A stretch of 63,991 bases of DNA, filler included, from Octopus bimaculoides (taxonomy: Eukaryota), in the NCBI RefSeq assembly GCF_001194135.2. It is 4 parts of 4 records of this genome, joined end to end, with 100 filler letters (N's around TTAATTAATTAA, not from the genome) between each part and the next. Parts side by side here need not be neighbours in the genome. Positions count along the whole stretch, not along the records: positions 1 to 12,674 come from NC_068989.1; 3 more parts are not named here. One strand, written 5' to 3'. The notes under the pieces are model-generated. The model saw nothing but the letters and a program-made list of their open reading frames with translations. It made no database searches and was not told the origin of the DNA. Position 1 is the stretch's first letter. Every line of letters starts with the position of its first letter. Made by a program: the position numbers and the translations under genes. This document shows positions 1 to 11,700 of the stretch, in pieces.

Positions 1-23
1 ATATATATATATATACATACATA

Positions 24-722
24 CGATGGTGAGTCAAAAGTTATACGCACTCTACTTTGTTCAATGTATTTACACAAAAGCAGAGGATAAACAAGTACAT
101 CATGTTTCTATATAGTCGCCCTTCCGTTTCGATGCACTTGACCCAGTGGTCCACAAGCTTGCGTAGTCCTCCCAAGAAGAAGATTTTCGCTTGGTCGTGT
201 AACCATTTATGCACCGCTTCCTTCACATCTTCATCTGTAGGAAATCGACGACCTCGTAAACCATCTTTGAGTGATCCAAAAATATGATAGTCGGAAGGAG
301 CGGGATATGGGCTGTAGGCAGGGTGTTCCAGCACCTCAAAACCCAATTGGTTGATGGTTTCAACGCCTGGGTGGCCTTGTATGAGCATGTTTTATCATGC
401 TACAACAACACTTTCTTCGACAATTGTCTTCGGCGTTTGGTGCAGATTGCTGGCTTCAGTTTGTTGGCCAGCAAAGCACTCTATGTTGCATTTTTGGTCG
501 TACGCCATTTTTCCAGAGAAATCGAATCACCGCTCTTTGTACTTCTTTGGTGCACATTACTAGTGCAGCAGCCATGTAAAGCCAGAAACAAAAATGGCGC
601 GATCAGGCTTTGATCACGTAACCACAATAGTATCAACTATAAGCATGCATGCGCAGAAGGCAGTGTAACAATAATAAGGATATGTTATGGCGAAAGAGCG
701 GATAGCTTTTGACTTCCTCTTG
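24..722 (-). mobile_element. Internally deleted mariner (DD34D-type) element with both TIRs
   Basis: TA flanks at 22-23 and 723-724. ~30-bp imperfect TIRs (CGATGGTGAGTCAAAAGTTATACGCACT / AGAGCGGATAGCTTTTGACTTCCTCTTG). Minus strand: ATG at 575 MAAALVMCTKEVQRAVIRFLWKNGV (transposase N-terminus) joined to KLKPAICTKRRRQLSKKVLL*HD and HPAYSPYPAPSDYHIFGSLKDGLRGRRF...WVKCIETEG (C-terminus). Confidence 0.9.
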
Positions 723-1323
723 TATATGTGTGCATGCACTTATATAGATATATGCACACATTTACACAATATTTTGTTTTGTTTCACTCAATAAACTTAT
801 AACTCAGATAGGGTAAGACTATTCAATTTATGTTCATGTATATCTGAAGGTTGTGAGATAAGTGGAACTGAACGTTAAAACTTTAACCCATTTTCATTTA
901 TTGCATGCATATTATCTATTCATCATAGACGTGCATTACATATATATGAGTATGTGCGTGAGTGTGGGTATGTGTGCTCACGCACATAAGCATATATATA
1001 TAATAGCTAATTGTACTTAGAAATATGAATAACAGTTGCGGGCAGATTAGTGCTGAGAACGGACCAAATAGCTATAATAAAAACAAAATCCAAACGTCAA
1101 ACGATGGGAGACGAAACGAAGACAGAAAAAGGTTGACTACAAGCAATGTGGCAATCGTGCTAACTAAAGCCTAATAATATATAGGCAGACAGGTGGTTGT
1201 TAATGACACTAAAGTATTCATAAATTAGTTATATAGAAATGAGTTTACAACAGTTAGGCAAATAATGGAACAGAGCAATGAAATGTGTGTGTGTGTGAGT
1301 GAGTGTGTGTGTCTGTGTGTCTA

Positions 1324-1376
<53 letters not shown>

Positions 1377-2817
1377 CTTTATACCACAGCCAACGCATTT
1401 GCAAGTATATACGGCTCGTAATATGCATCATTGTTTCACTAAATGACTTGGGTATCCTTGGATTATTGAGCAAACACATCATCCTGACCCTATAAACCTT
1501 GTAAGAGACAGAATAGTTGTAGTGAAAACAAGATCGAATTAATAGAAAATATATAAGAACAAGTTAAACAAAATAATAATGACAGGCTGGCAAAGAGTCT
1601 AGTTTGGGCAGACGATAAACAAAAGCTGAAAGAAACTGATAATATTATAGAATATGTACCACTCTTTGCTTAGCTGGGTGGGGGGGTTAAATGACATACC
1701 CATGGCTATAGCAGGGCTGGTGGTAACAGATGTTAGTTACAAGTCAGCTCAGATTCCGACAGATATATATATATTGGTGGAAAATACTTATATAGAGGAC
1801 ATTAAGAGTTTAGAAAGGGAAGTGACTCAAAAATAGCAACGTAAAGAAGGTATATTAAGGAAAGAGTCATGAAAACCTTAGAAATATTTACAATGTGAAT
1901 AAATAAAAGGGGAGAGTAAATGTTGTAATAGATGAAGTGAAGCAAAGAGGGATATTAATGGTAGCTGAGATACATGATGAGAACAAAATCGTTTAGTATC
2001 AGCAAAAGATAGTCAGAAGATAGTCAGAAGTGATTGTTTGAAAAACTGAAGTGAGTTGAATGACATGACGTTGAAGTACCGGATAGGCAGAAGACTTGAA
2101 AATTTTCGAATGATATATAGAGCAAGAAAGATATGGGTCGGGTAATAGAAGATAACGGATTTTAAAATATGAAACAAGAGTTCGAAACGGCTATCACAGC
2201 GGAGTTCTGAATAAGTATTGCATTAGATGAAAGCAATCTGAATTTATTTTTGTTAAATATGTTCATTAATTATGCAATTATGGAGGTGATTATGCTTATT
2301 CCTAGTGAAATAGATGGTAAAAGTAATTAAATTACATATGATCTGTTTATGACATTTATGATTTTTGTCGTTTATTCTAAATATTCGTTACTCTTAGGAA
2401 TCGTTTTAGCCGATTATGTGTATATCTGCAAACTTCTTTCACTGAATTTAATGCAATGTTATAAAGTATTGGAATTTAACGATCTATTATTAACTGGATT
2501 CTTAATTGCGGTGAATGCATATTGTTTGATGGTTGATGTATAGTATCTTTTGAGATGTATATAGAAGCATAAACTGATAAATATGTATGTACACATCAAT
2601 ATAAATAAATAATATATATAAGAAGTCGTAGAATTAATTTAGCATATCATGCATAATTTCATTGTTTGTCACTATTGTTTCAGTACTACTGTTTCAAACT
2701 ACAATGCATGTAAATGAAACCATCTTGGAAATTACTAAATATATGTGTTTGATATGTTGGAGTGACCCTATATCAAACTAGCATTAAGTCGTACATCCTT
2801 AGATTATATGTGTGTGA

Positions 2818-2882
<65 letters not shown>

Positions 2883-4244
2883 ATGAATTTTATATATATA
2901 TATATATATATATTGGATGAAGTTTAGAGGTAAAATTGCCAGAAGGGAAAGAGAAAGTTTAAGAGCGGCAGTAAATTGAAATATATTAGAAGAGAGGGAG
3001 AAAGAGAGGGAGGTGAGAAGAAAAGTTTCTGTTCAATGGGGGAAAATAGTTGTTCGAGGCAAACTGGTATTTTCCAGCTGTAAAATTATGCCTACGCTTA
3101 TTAACACACATGCGCATATTTTCTCTGTGTCCATTCGGTAGGTTTGCGTGCGTAAGCGCCTGTACATGTTCATATGCAGAAGGAAGTTGTAGGGGGAACA
3201 TGAGGTTAAGAAAAAAATATAAAGGTAGTTAAAAATGTCCGTTATAAATACATAGAAGAGATGTAAGTGTGTGTGGGGAAATAGATAAAGAATAACAGGA
3301 AGTGGGGCTCTAATATTTAAGAATGTGTTACGTAATCGGTGTTTATAATTAAAAATTAGATTGTTTTGTATATATATATATATACACTCAAAACAATCTA
3401 ATTTACAATTATAAACACCGATTATATTACACATTCTTAAAGTACAAATAGTAGAGCCCCACTCCCTGTTATTCTCTATCTATCTCCCCACTTGTATGTA
3501 TGTATATTTATAAAAATACTCACACATACAGGAATGGATGGATATTCTGATATAAATGCGTATTTATGATTATTAAGCATTCGCTTTGATCAAGTATTTA
3601 AGATATGTATGCTATTCTCTCCTCCCTCCCTCATGTCTCCTCTGCACAAGTATGTTAATTCTTGTCTCACCACCTGTATTATTCGTTCTTTTATCGTTTA
3701 TCCTAGTGATGATTTTTTTTTCATTCCTACGTTTTCCCATACTCGTATATATCCCTTTTTGCGTTTTATTAGAATCAGCAATAACATCACTGAGACTCAT
3801 AATTTTTAGAGTTCCGATGTTGTGACCTTTCTTGGGTATTTCCTTATCTTTAGCTTCATCTTTATATCTTTATTCGACATATCTCGCATGCAATTTCTTT
3901 ACATCACAATAGAAAATAAAACGATACTTTTACTTAGGTATTCAATAGCAAAAGTTAAAAGATCTTGAATAATTAAAACATGTATTGCTCACAGCAATGT
4001 ACAGAAAAATGGAAAGTTCCAATTTTCAAAAGATCACACTGGATGGCATTAAGAAAGCGTATTTCGTAAATTCTATGTTATAGCAGCAGCGCGTTCATAT
4101 CCGATAGAATCAAACTTAGTGCGTGATTGATACATAATATATCGATCTGTAGTAGATGAAAGTCAACTTTTTCTCCCGGTAAAATTTCTTAGAAGATAAA
4201 CGGGTTCAAGGATGAAATAAAATGTGGCTAAGTATGTATGTAAT

Positions 4245-4285
<41 letters not shown>

Positions 4286-4287
4286 AT

Positions 4288-4337
<50 letters not shown>

Positions 4338-5953
4338 NNNNNNNNNNNNNNNNNNNNNNNNNNNNNNNNNNNNNNNNNNNNNNNNNNNNNNNNNNNNNNN
4401 NNNNNNNNNNNNNNNNNNNNNNNNNNNNNNNNNNNNNNNNNNNNNNNNNNNNNNNNNNNNNNNNNNNNNNNNNNNNNNNNNNNNNNNNNNNNNNNNNNNN
4501 NNNNNNNNNNNNNNNNNNNNNNNNNNNNNNNNNNNNNNNNNNNNNNNNNNNNNNNNNNNNNNNNNNNNNNNNNNNNNNNNNNNNNNNNNNNNNNNNNNNN
4601 NNNNNNNNNNNNNNNNNNNNNNNNNNNNNNNNNNNNNNNNNNNNNNNNNNNNNNNNNNNNNNNNNNNNNNNNNNNNNNNNNNNNNNNNNNNNNNNNNNNN
4701 NNNNNNNNNNNNNNNNNNNNNNNNNNNNNNNNNNNNNNNNNNNNNNNNNNNNNNNNNNNNNNNNNNNNNNNNNNNNNNNNNNNNNNNNNNNNNNNNNNNN
4801 NNNNNNNNNNNNNNNNNNNNNNNNNNNNNNNNNNNNNNNNNNNNNNNNNNNNNNNNNNNNNNNNNNNNNNNNNNNNNNNNNNNNNNNNNNNNNNNNNNNN
4901 NNNNNNNNNNNNNNNNNNNNNNNNNNNNNNNNNNNNNNNNNNNNNNNNNNNNNNNNNNNNNNNNNNNNNNNNNNNNNNNNNNNNNNNNNNNNNNNNNNNN
5001 NNNNNNNNNNTATATATATATATATATATTATATTTGGTTGTGAGTATGTGTGTGTGTGTATGCGTGGGTGTACTCTACTATTCTTACATGAGATTAGTT
5101 TAGGATGTGAGTAACTATAAAAGCACACAGAAGACTGTATGAAGATATATGGATTTATGCAAGCGAAAACGTTGTTTTCGACAGGTTAGCCCCCTGTCGG
5201 AAGTCGAAGACGACTTCTTACCTTATGAGTAGGTCTTTAAATCCATTTTTACTCTACTATTACTTGCTGGCATCTGATTTCTGACAGAAGATTCATTGTA
5301 CCCACATGTGTCACCACTAAGATCCTACTTTTCATGTTCTTACTGCAGATGAGTCTATTGTTGAATAATGCACAATTGATGTTGGTTAATTAAATGGCTT
5401 TTGATTGTTGCTGTTTGCAGGATCATTAGGAGTGAAGAAGACAGATGTGACCTGCGTCTTCTTAAAATCTGCTAGGTTATTTCAAACATCAGATTTACTG
5501 TCCAGAGAATAGAGTTGTTTTCTGATGACCACTGAAACTTCTGATCACACATAATTAGAAGAATAGACAATAGCTGCGTGACAAATATCCCAAGACGTTG
5601 TAAGAAATTGTAATAACAAATACCAACGTCATGAACCGGGATGTGAGTTCTATTTTCACCAGGTTCAAAACAACAGGAAAACCTGTTCGGCACGACAGTT
5701 TCCAAAAAATGACATCAGTTAGCAAAACATTGGCCATGGGTATGGCCCAACAAACTGTTCATATATATACTTCCAGCACATTTTTCATGCAAACATATGC
5801 CAACCGCAGGCAGTCAAGTGACTTTCCGTTGATGTTACACACGTCAGTTTACGCAAAGATTTTATCAACAGGCTAACAATTCTAATCTTCAATAAAATAA
5901 TTCATCCCATTTCAGTCAAAAAAAAAAAGAAGAAAAAGAAGAAAAGCAAAATA

Positions 5954-6600
5954 CGTGGGGGTACTCTAAAAAAATGAAATTTTGCAATATTATATTATTC
6001 ACTTAGTTTTGCATGTTTACACATTTATCGCCTTCAAGCTATTCTGGATTTGAAGCAATGCATCGGTCCAGACGCGTTTTCCACTGTTCGAAGCATTGAT
6101 GAAACTCTTGCAAAGTGATGCCTTTTACCGCCCCTGTTGTTTTTTTTTCTTCACCTATTCTACATCTGCAAACTCCATAGCATCAGCTTTCATCACCAGT
6201 GATGGCCTTCGAAAAAATGTCCGGATCAATTTCCAAATGTCCTTTCAGTTCATGCCACGCATTCATCGTGTATGCTCTTGATTTTCCGTGAGCAAGCGAG
6301 GCACAGATTTTGCAGCAACTCTTTTCATTCGCAATTCCTCGATCAAGATTCATTGCCAGGAGCTCCAAGACACAGCAGTCATATCAACAAGTTTGTCAAT
6401 TGTTCGGTGACGGTCCTCCAAGATCAGATCATGAATTTTCGTGATGTTTTTATTCATTCGGAAGGTCGACAGTCGCTCTGAACGAGGCTGGTCTTCCTCA
6501 TTTGCTAATGGCAGCGTCCCTGTAAGCTGTTTGAAGTATGACAACTATTTCAGCCGACGTTTTTCCCAGCAGAAAACAGAATTTCCCGGAAGCGCGCTGT
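5954..6600 (-). mobile_element. Decayed mariner transposase remnant, 5' end lost
   Basis: TA + CGTGGGGGTAC terminus at 5952-5964. Minus-strand fragments QRASGKFCFLLGKTSAEIVVILQTAY, EDQPRSERLSTFRMNKNITKIHDLILEDRHRTI, LRMKRVAAKSVPRLL and FHQCFEQWKTRLDRCIASNPE*LEGDK. Confidence 0.85.
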
Positions 6601-7545
6601 TAATTCGTTTCACCCTTCGCAAAGATCGCCGAAGAGGGGAAAAACATTGCAAAACAAAGACACACCACATGGCAGAACCTCAAATTTAATGGCTCTTTTT
6701 AGGGCGTACCACCATTTATTTTTAATGATGGTACCTGTCAATGCCTTCTGTATCAACAATTTAATCCGGTTCCTGTACTCCTCAATCGCCAAAAGGGACT
6801 TATTGAGTTTCCAGTAGCAGGAGCCTCTACTATGTAACTATCTAGGTTCAGCTTACATGTGACAAACTTGTGATCACTGTAGCTGACCAGGGGAAATTGT
6901 GGACATTTAACTATGTCTTTATCTATTTTTATAATTAGAATCCTATCTATATGCGACCTTGAAGACCCGTCGCCACTTAACAACGTCCACTGTGGGGCGT
7001 TCGGGAATCCCAATCTATATGGATCTACTAGCTGAAAGCGACTTAGTAGATCCCGGAAGCCAGGATTCGGTCTCCTATTCGAATTAGAGCCAACGCTATC
7101 CACGCGTGCATCGTGAATATGATAAAGTCTCCTAATAAAACTAACGGATACGATGTACCAAGAAACTTCTCTAGGTCTCGAAAATACTCAGTCTGTCCAG
7201 AATTGGTGGCGTAAATTTCCACCAGTCTGATTTTCTTACCACAAGTGAAAGTCAAATCTAAGACGACCAGCCTACCTTCTGGGTCAGAAAAAATCAACCT
7301 TTTCCCTGAAACCCGGTTTCTTTTTAGTAGGAGCAACAACCCCACCCCGCTCGCAGGCCGGCCTGGAGAAATAAATTTCCTGTAACCGTCAGGTGTGGGA
7401 GCAGACCACTTGGCACTTTTCACCAGGTTTCAGTAGCAACAATAACATTTAACTTACGTGACATGACGTCGTTTAGGAAATGCCCTTGCTCCCAGGTCGC
7501 TGTCAGGCCACGCACATTCAGACATCCTACGAGAACTGCCACAAA
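6600..7545 (-). mobile_element. Tx1/L1-like non-LTR retrotransposon ORF2 remnant (APE endonuclease; RT absent)
   Basis: Frameshifted motifs GCLNVRGL, VIVATETW, SGVGLLL, SDPEGRLVVLD, IRLVEIYA, LVLLGDF, SRSHIDRIL, SYSDHKFV, followed by KNKWWYALKRAIK. Confidence 0.85.
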
Positions 7546-8526
7546 TCTTACCTTAGTATGCTAGCTCATCTTCACTTTGCAGCGGAAGTGACTCAGCCTC
7601 CTTTCCTTTTCGCGGGATCGTGGATTCGGGGTGCATAGTCCATCGTAAATTTGAGGTGAGATATCCCATCTAAGAAGTCCGACATCTTTTCTATGATCAT
7701 TGTAGACAATATTATATGTCTTTTTGTCTACTTTGTAGATTTAGAATCCCTCCCTCACATCGTCTTTTTCCATTTTCTCAGTTTCTTTTACACATTTCAA
7801 ACAGTTCATTAATTCTCTGTTAGATACCCTCACTGCCATATGCAGACCCTCCCTTTTTTCATCTTTTCTCTCTGGGATTTTAGCCTTTACTTTATCTTTC
7901 TTGGTGTCCTTCTGGAGAGGCTGGTTCAATTTTTCTTTTGGTTTTGATCGTTTCCCAACCGTCCACATCTTTGCTCTTTTCTGACGCACAATTTCCTTTC
8001 TGCTTCTCTGCTTCCCTCTTGGTCGTCTTCCTTCTCACCTTCTTTTTCTGTTTCTTTCTTACAATTCGACCGCATATGACCTTTTAGTCCGCATTTAAAA
8101 CAACCATCACTACCAGTTTGGTGTCCATTACTTCTATAACCTCTGGAATTTTCTCCAGGGTCAGCAGCTCCGCTTGTATGAGCATCTTAATCGTCTTTCC
8201 CGTCCAGTTTTTTTTATCCTCCACTTCGGCTGATAGCAGCGCTATTTCATCTTCCAGGTCTAACGCAACCGCTGCTCCCAGCCATTCGGCATTCACATCC
8301 GGCGGGACATTTTCAATTTTCACTCTCGAGGTTCTCCTCCCCATATATATGGTAAGAAGCACCACCACCCCTGTTCGCAATTGCTCTACCGAGTAGTGTT
8401 TCACCTTCTCGGCCGACTCCATTCGAACCTCTATTTTGCGTACCTATTTTTGCGTAGATACTTTACTTCATGCCATATCGGCTTTAAGCATTTTTCTATT
8501 TCTTTTCCATTAACATTATCAATTTT

Positions 8527-9383
8527 GGATCTTTATGATTTGGCTGGCTCCACTTTTTATTTGTTTTATTTAGTGTGTTTTCTACCGAAACAATTTCAAA
8601 CTTCGTATACTTGTATATTTTGTGTTATAGAACAGATAAAAAATTTTGTATTCGAAGTTATTTCATGTAAAAAATTTTGTATTCGAAGTTATTTCATGTA
8701 AAAAATTGTCGTATTTCGGTAATTTCAACCAATCACTGACGTCTATTGTGGTGTAAACAATTACTGCAATGGATCCTGAACAAAACGTTGTGCGGTGTAA
8801 TGGGATCTTTTCCCTTGAATAAAATTAGTGCCGTTGTTTGTCAACAACAACTATCGGCGGTACTGTTATTTATGACATCGTTCGTGCGTTTGTACTGGTT
8901 TTAGGTTTAGGGTTTTAGGGTTAGGGTTAGGGTTAGGGTTATGAGTATCGGCAAAATACTCATAACCCTAACCCTAACCCTAACCCAAAAACCCTAACCC
9001 TAACCCTAACTCTAAAACCCGAACCCTAATCTTAAACCCTAAAGCTAAACCCATTATAAACGCACGAACGATGTTATAAATAACAGTACCGCCGATAGTT
9101 GTCGTTGACAAACAAGGGCACTAATCTTATTCAAGGGAAAAGATCCCATTACACCGCACAACGCTTTGTTGACAATTCACAGCAGTAATTGTTTTCACCT
9201 CAATAGACGTCAGTGATTGGTTGAAATTACAGAAATACGACAATTTTAACACGAAATAACTTTAAAAAGATAAAATTTTCTCAATAACACTAAGATGTTT
9301 TATATGACACATTCTACCAGTGTCCCAGGTTTGAAAGTGTTTCGTTAAGAAAACAAGTGACGCCTGCCAAATCAGAAAGATAC
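8527..9383. mobile_element. Palindromic MITE with long TIRs, GG..CC-type ends, 8-bp TSD and internal telomeric repeats (Merlin-like by inference)
   Basis: Ends GGATCTTTATGATTTGGCTGGC / GCCTGCCAAATCAGAAAGATAC. TSD TCAATTTT (8519-8526) / TGAATTTT (9384-9391). Arms pair strongly over ~8700-8948 vs 8956-9250. 31-bp tandem duplication at 8641-8702. Confidence 0.85.
8901..9050. repeat. Interstitial telomere-type repeats, head-to-head (TTAGGG)n then (CCCTAA)n
   Basis: Four consecutive TTAGGG at 8915-8938 plus variants. CCCTAA array from 8966. Central hairpin GGGTTATGAGTAT-cggcaaa-ATACTCATAACCC. Confidence 0.95.
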
Positions 9384-10899
9384 TGAATTTTCTTTTTTTC
9401 CACGTTGTATGTTTTAAACACTATTGCCTATTGGATAGTTTGAGGAGGGGTCACTTTCACTTCAGTCCCCTCCGTTGTTAATATCTCTCTGTATCCTTTT
9501 AAATTTTCAGTGTTTACCTTTCGGGTTTTACACTAGGCCACCGCTGCAAAATTCATACTTTTTGTCTCATTTTCCGGTTCACCAGTTGCCAAACTAGCCA
9601 CCTCTACGTTTCTTTTTACATGTACCTCCTTTTTTGTGCTTGACTTTGGCGATTCCACCGCTTGGCACTTTCGTAAAGCTTTTGAAGATTCACTCTCCGA
9701 AGACACTGCTTAGTACTTTCTTGGAGATTCATTCACCGAGGATGCTGCTTCATACTCCATTTCAAAAAATGGCACAAATAATATTTCAAAAATTTGTGGC
9801 TTGCGCCACAGAGAAATAATTTGTTTCTACAGTAAAAAATAATAATTCTCCCGCGCGGGGGAATTAACAACAACTTTCTTCTAAACAAGCAATAAACAGT
9901 TTTTTCCACAAGTAATAGCAACTTTCAACAACGAACAAAATCTCTCATCTCAACAGTAACACAGAACAACAATCTACGGACGAGTCCAAACTTAGCAACG
10001 AATGTTCTCAGAAATGTTTCTTTATTGTCCACAAGGTGGCAACGAAGAGGGGACAGTACAGGACATGTGGGGACATATAATATATGAAGATGAATGATAT
10101 GAGTTGAAGATAAGACGGCCACCCCGGCCCCACTCCGGGATGGTTACGTTTTTACAATTAATTCAAAATGTTTCAATAATTTCTTTTAAAACGTTCATTG
10201 GTCATTCAGTCTTCTGTTTTTCCTAAAAGTTAATTCTCAATAATTTTCCTACTTACCACTTGATGTCTTTCTTTATCTCGTCATATTCTACCATGGACTG
10301 AGGGGTTCATTTCTCACCTCCGGCCTCAGTGGATTCACATCTGATAGAAATGCTTCATTTAGTGTTTTATATCTTTCTTCATTTATCAAAATACACCTCA
10401 TGTCTTTATCATACTCTTATGGTAATTTCACTTTTGTAATACCTTTCATTTTTGTAATTTTTGTTTTCGATTTTTTTGATTTGTGCAATATGTTACTAAG
10501 TATATCCTGTTTCTGTATGTGTTCTCATCCTGATGTGCAGTTTGTGTGTCTGTGTGTTTTTGTGCCTGTGTTTTTTTTGCCTGTGTGCCTGTGCTTTGTG
10601 TGTCAGTGTGTTTTTATGTCTGTGTTTTTGTGTGTCAGTGTGTCTGTCTGTACATCTGTGTGTTTGGTTGGTGATTCCCTTCTGCATGTGATGTTTTTCT
10701 TTTTTTTTCGGTGAACCTATGGGCGTCTTGTTTCTGCTCGTTGTTGTTGCTTGTCTTAAAGGATATGTTTCTTCCTGTGTTCTATATTTCTCTTGCTGTA
10801 GTTCCTCCTTGGACGGTGTATTCCTCCTCTCTCTCTCTTTCTTATCCTTATGTATGTAAGCTTTGTGTCCTGTTCTTCGTCTCGGGTCTTTTGCTCTAA

Positions 10900-11700
10900 T
10901 TCTATTGCGCATTCTTATGCTTCAATCTTTAGGATCTCCTTCACTTGTTGGGAAACCTGTTTTTATATGTCCCCTCTCCCCACAAAAATAGCAGGTAGGT
11001 AGCCTTCCATCCAATATTGCTTCCAATTTTACCCCATTTGGTAGTTCTACTGTCTCCGGTATTCCAGCATTTATTGTTTTGTTGACTCGAAAAAACTTCT
11101 CCAGCCCGTAACCCCAGCAATTTATTTGTTGGGTCCGGGTTATCTGGAGGATGCTAATGCTCTCCTTTCTTTCTTCGTCTCCTACGTCAAGGATCGCCAC
11201 TATCAGCTACTTGGGTTCCATTTCAGGTGGAATCGTGACTACCCTAACTCTTAATGCGCTTGCCCAGGTATGTAGGCAGGAGGGTCCACTCATCCGAATG
11301 TAAGAGCACAGTGGAGTACTCGCTTGTCTCCTTTTTCGAGGCGAAAGTGACCACCACTGTGCCGTACCTTCTACCTCTTGTGTAAAAGGTAATAACGTCT
11401 TTAATCTCCTCTAGGCACTTTACTACCTATTCCTGTGTTGCCATATCTATTTTTTCTCTTGCTTCTCGGGAACGTTCTGTATATAATCTCTTTCTTTTCC
11501 ATTTCCTTCAATTCTTCTTCTTGTGCGGTCAACTTTATGTTAGACCCCTCTCTCAGTATCCTTTCTTTGTGTTTTTTATGAGCTCGTTCTTCAAATATAC
11601 TTCATATTGCTTCAGCAAACTTGGGTCCGCAGTTTTCTGTCTTCTCGTTGCTGAAGCGTAACTCTTCGACCCCATTTGAGATACCTTTCCACGTAAAAAC
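10900..11700 (-). mobile_element. Second, divergent Tx1/L1-like ORF1 remnant
   Basis: ATG at 11675 MGSKSYASATRR. Then VITFYTRGRRYGTVVVTFAS...WTLLPTYLGKR and GIPETVELPNGVKLEAILDGRLPTCYFCGERGHIKTG (zinc knuckle with the last Cys lost). Homologous by eye to the ORF1 at 7545-9720. Confidence 0.75.

Larger units (their letters stand above)
7545..9720 (-). mobile_element. ORF1 (gag-like, CCHC zinc knuckle) of the same LINE, split by a MITE at 8527-9383
   Basis: MNFAAVA at ~9556. The frame rejoins across the MITE (...VFKTYNVEKK|KIDNVNGKEIEKCLKPIWHEVKY...MESAEKVKHYSVEQLRT...RVKIENVPPDV). Zinc knuckle GCFKCGLKGHMRSNC at ~8105-8060, then a K/E-rich tail. Confidence 0.8.

Noticed and set aside
1640-1800. 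Minus-strand YHQ / IAMGMSFNP resembling a Penelope RT motif
   Set aside because: Needs a frameshift and has no supporting YxDD nearby. Too weak without an HMM search.
4163-5128. Long ORFs made of YI/CV/HT/X runs (also 59347-60802 and many others)
   Set aside because: Translations of (AT)n/(GT)n microsatellites and N-gaps.
5631-5876. ORF with IFTRFKTTG, vaguely Tc1 HTH-like
   Set aside because: No further transposase motifs or TIRs seen.
8901-9050. Ancestral telomere-telomere chromosome fusion site
   Set aside because: The repeats are internal to a TIR/TSD-bounded element with other copies in the window, so transposition explains them.
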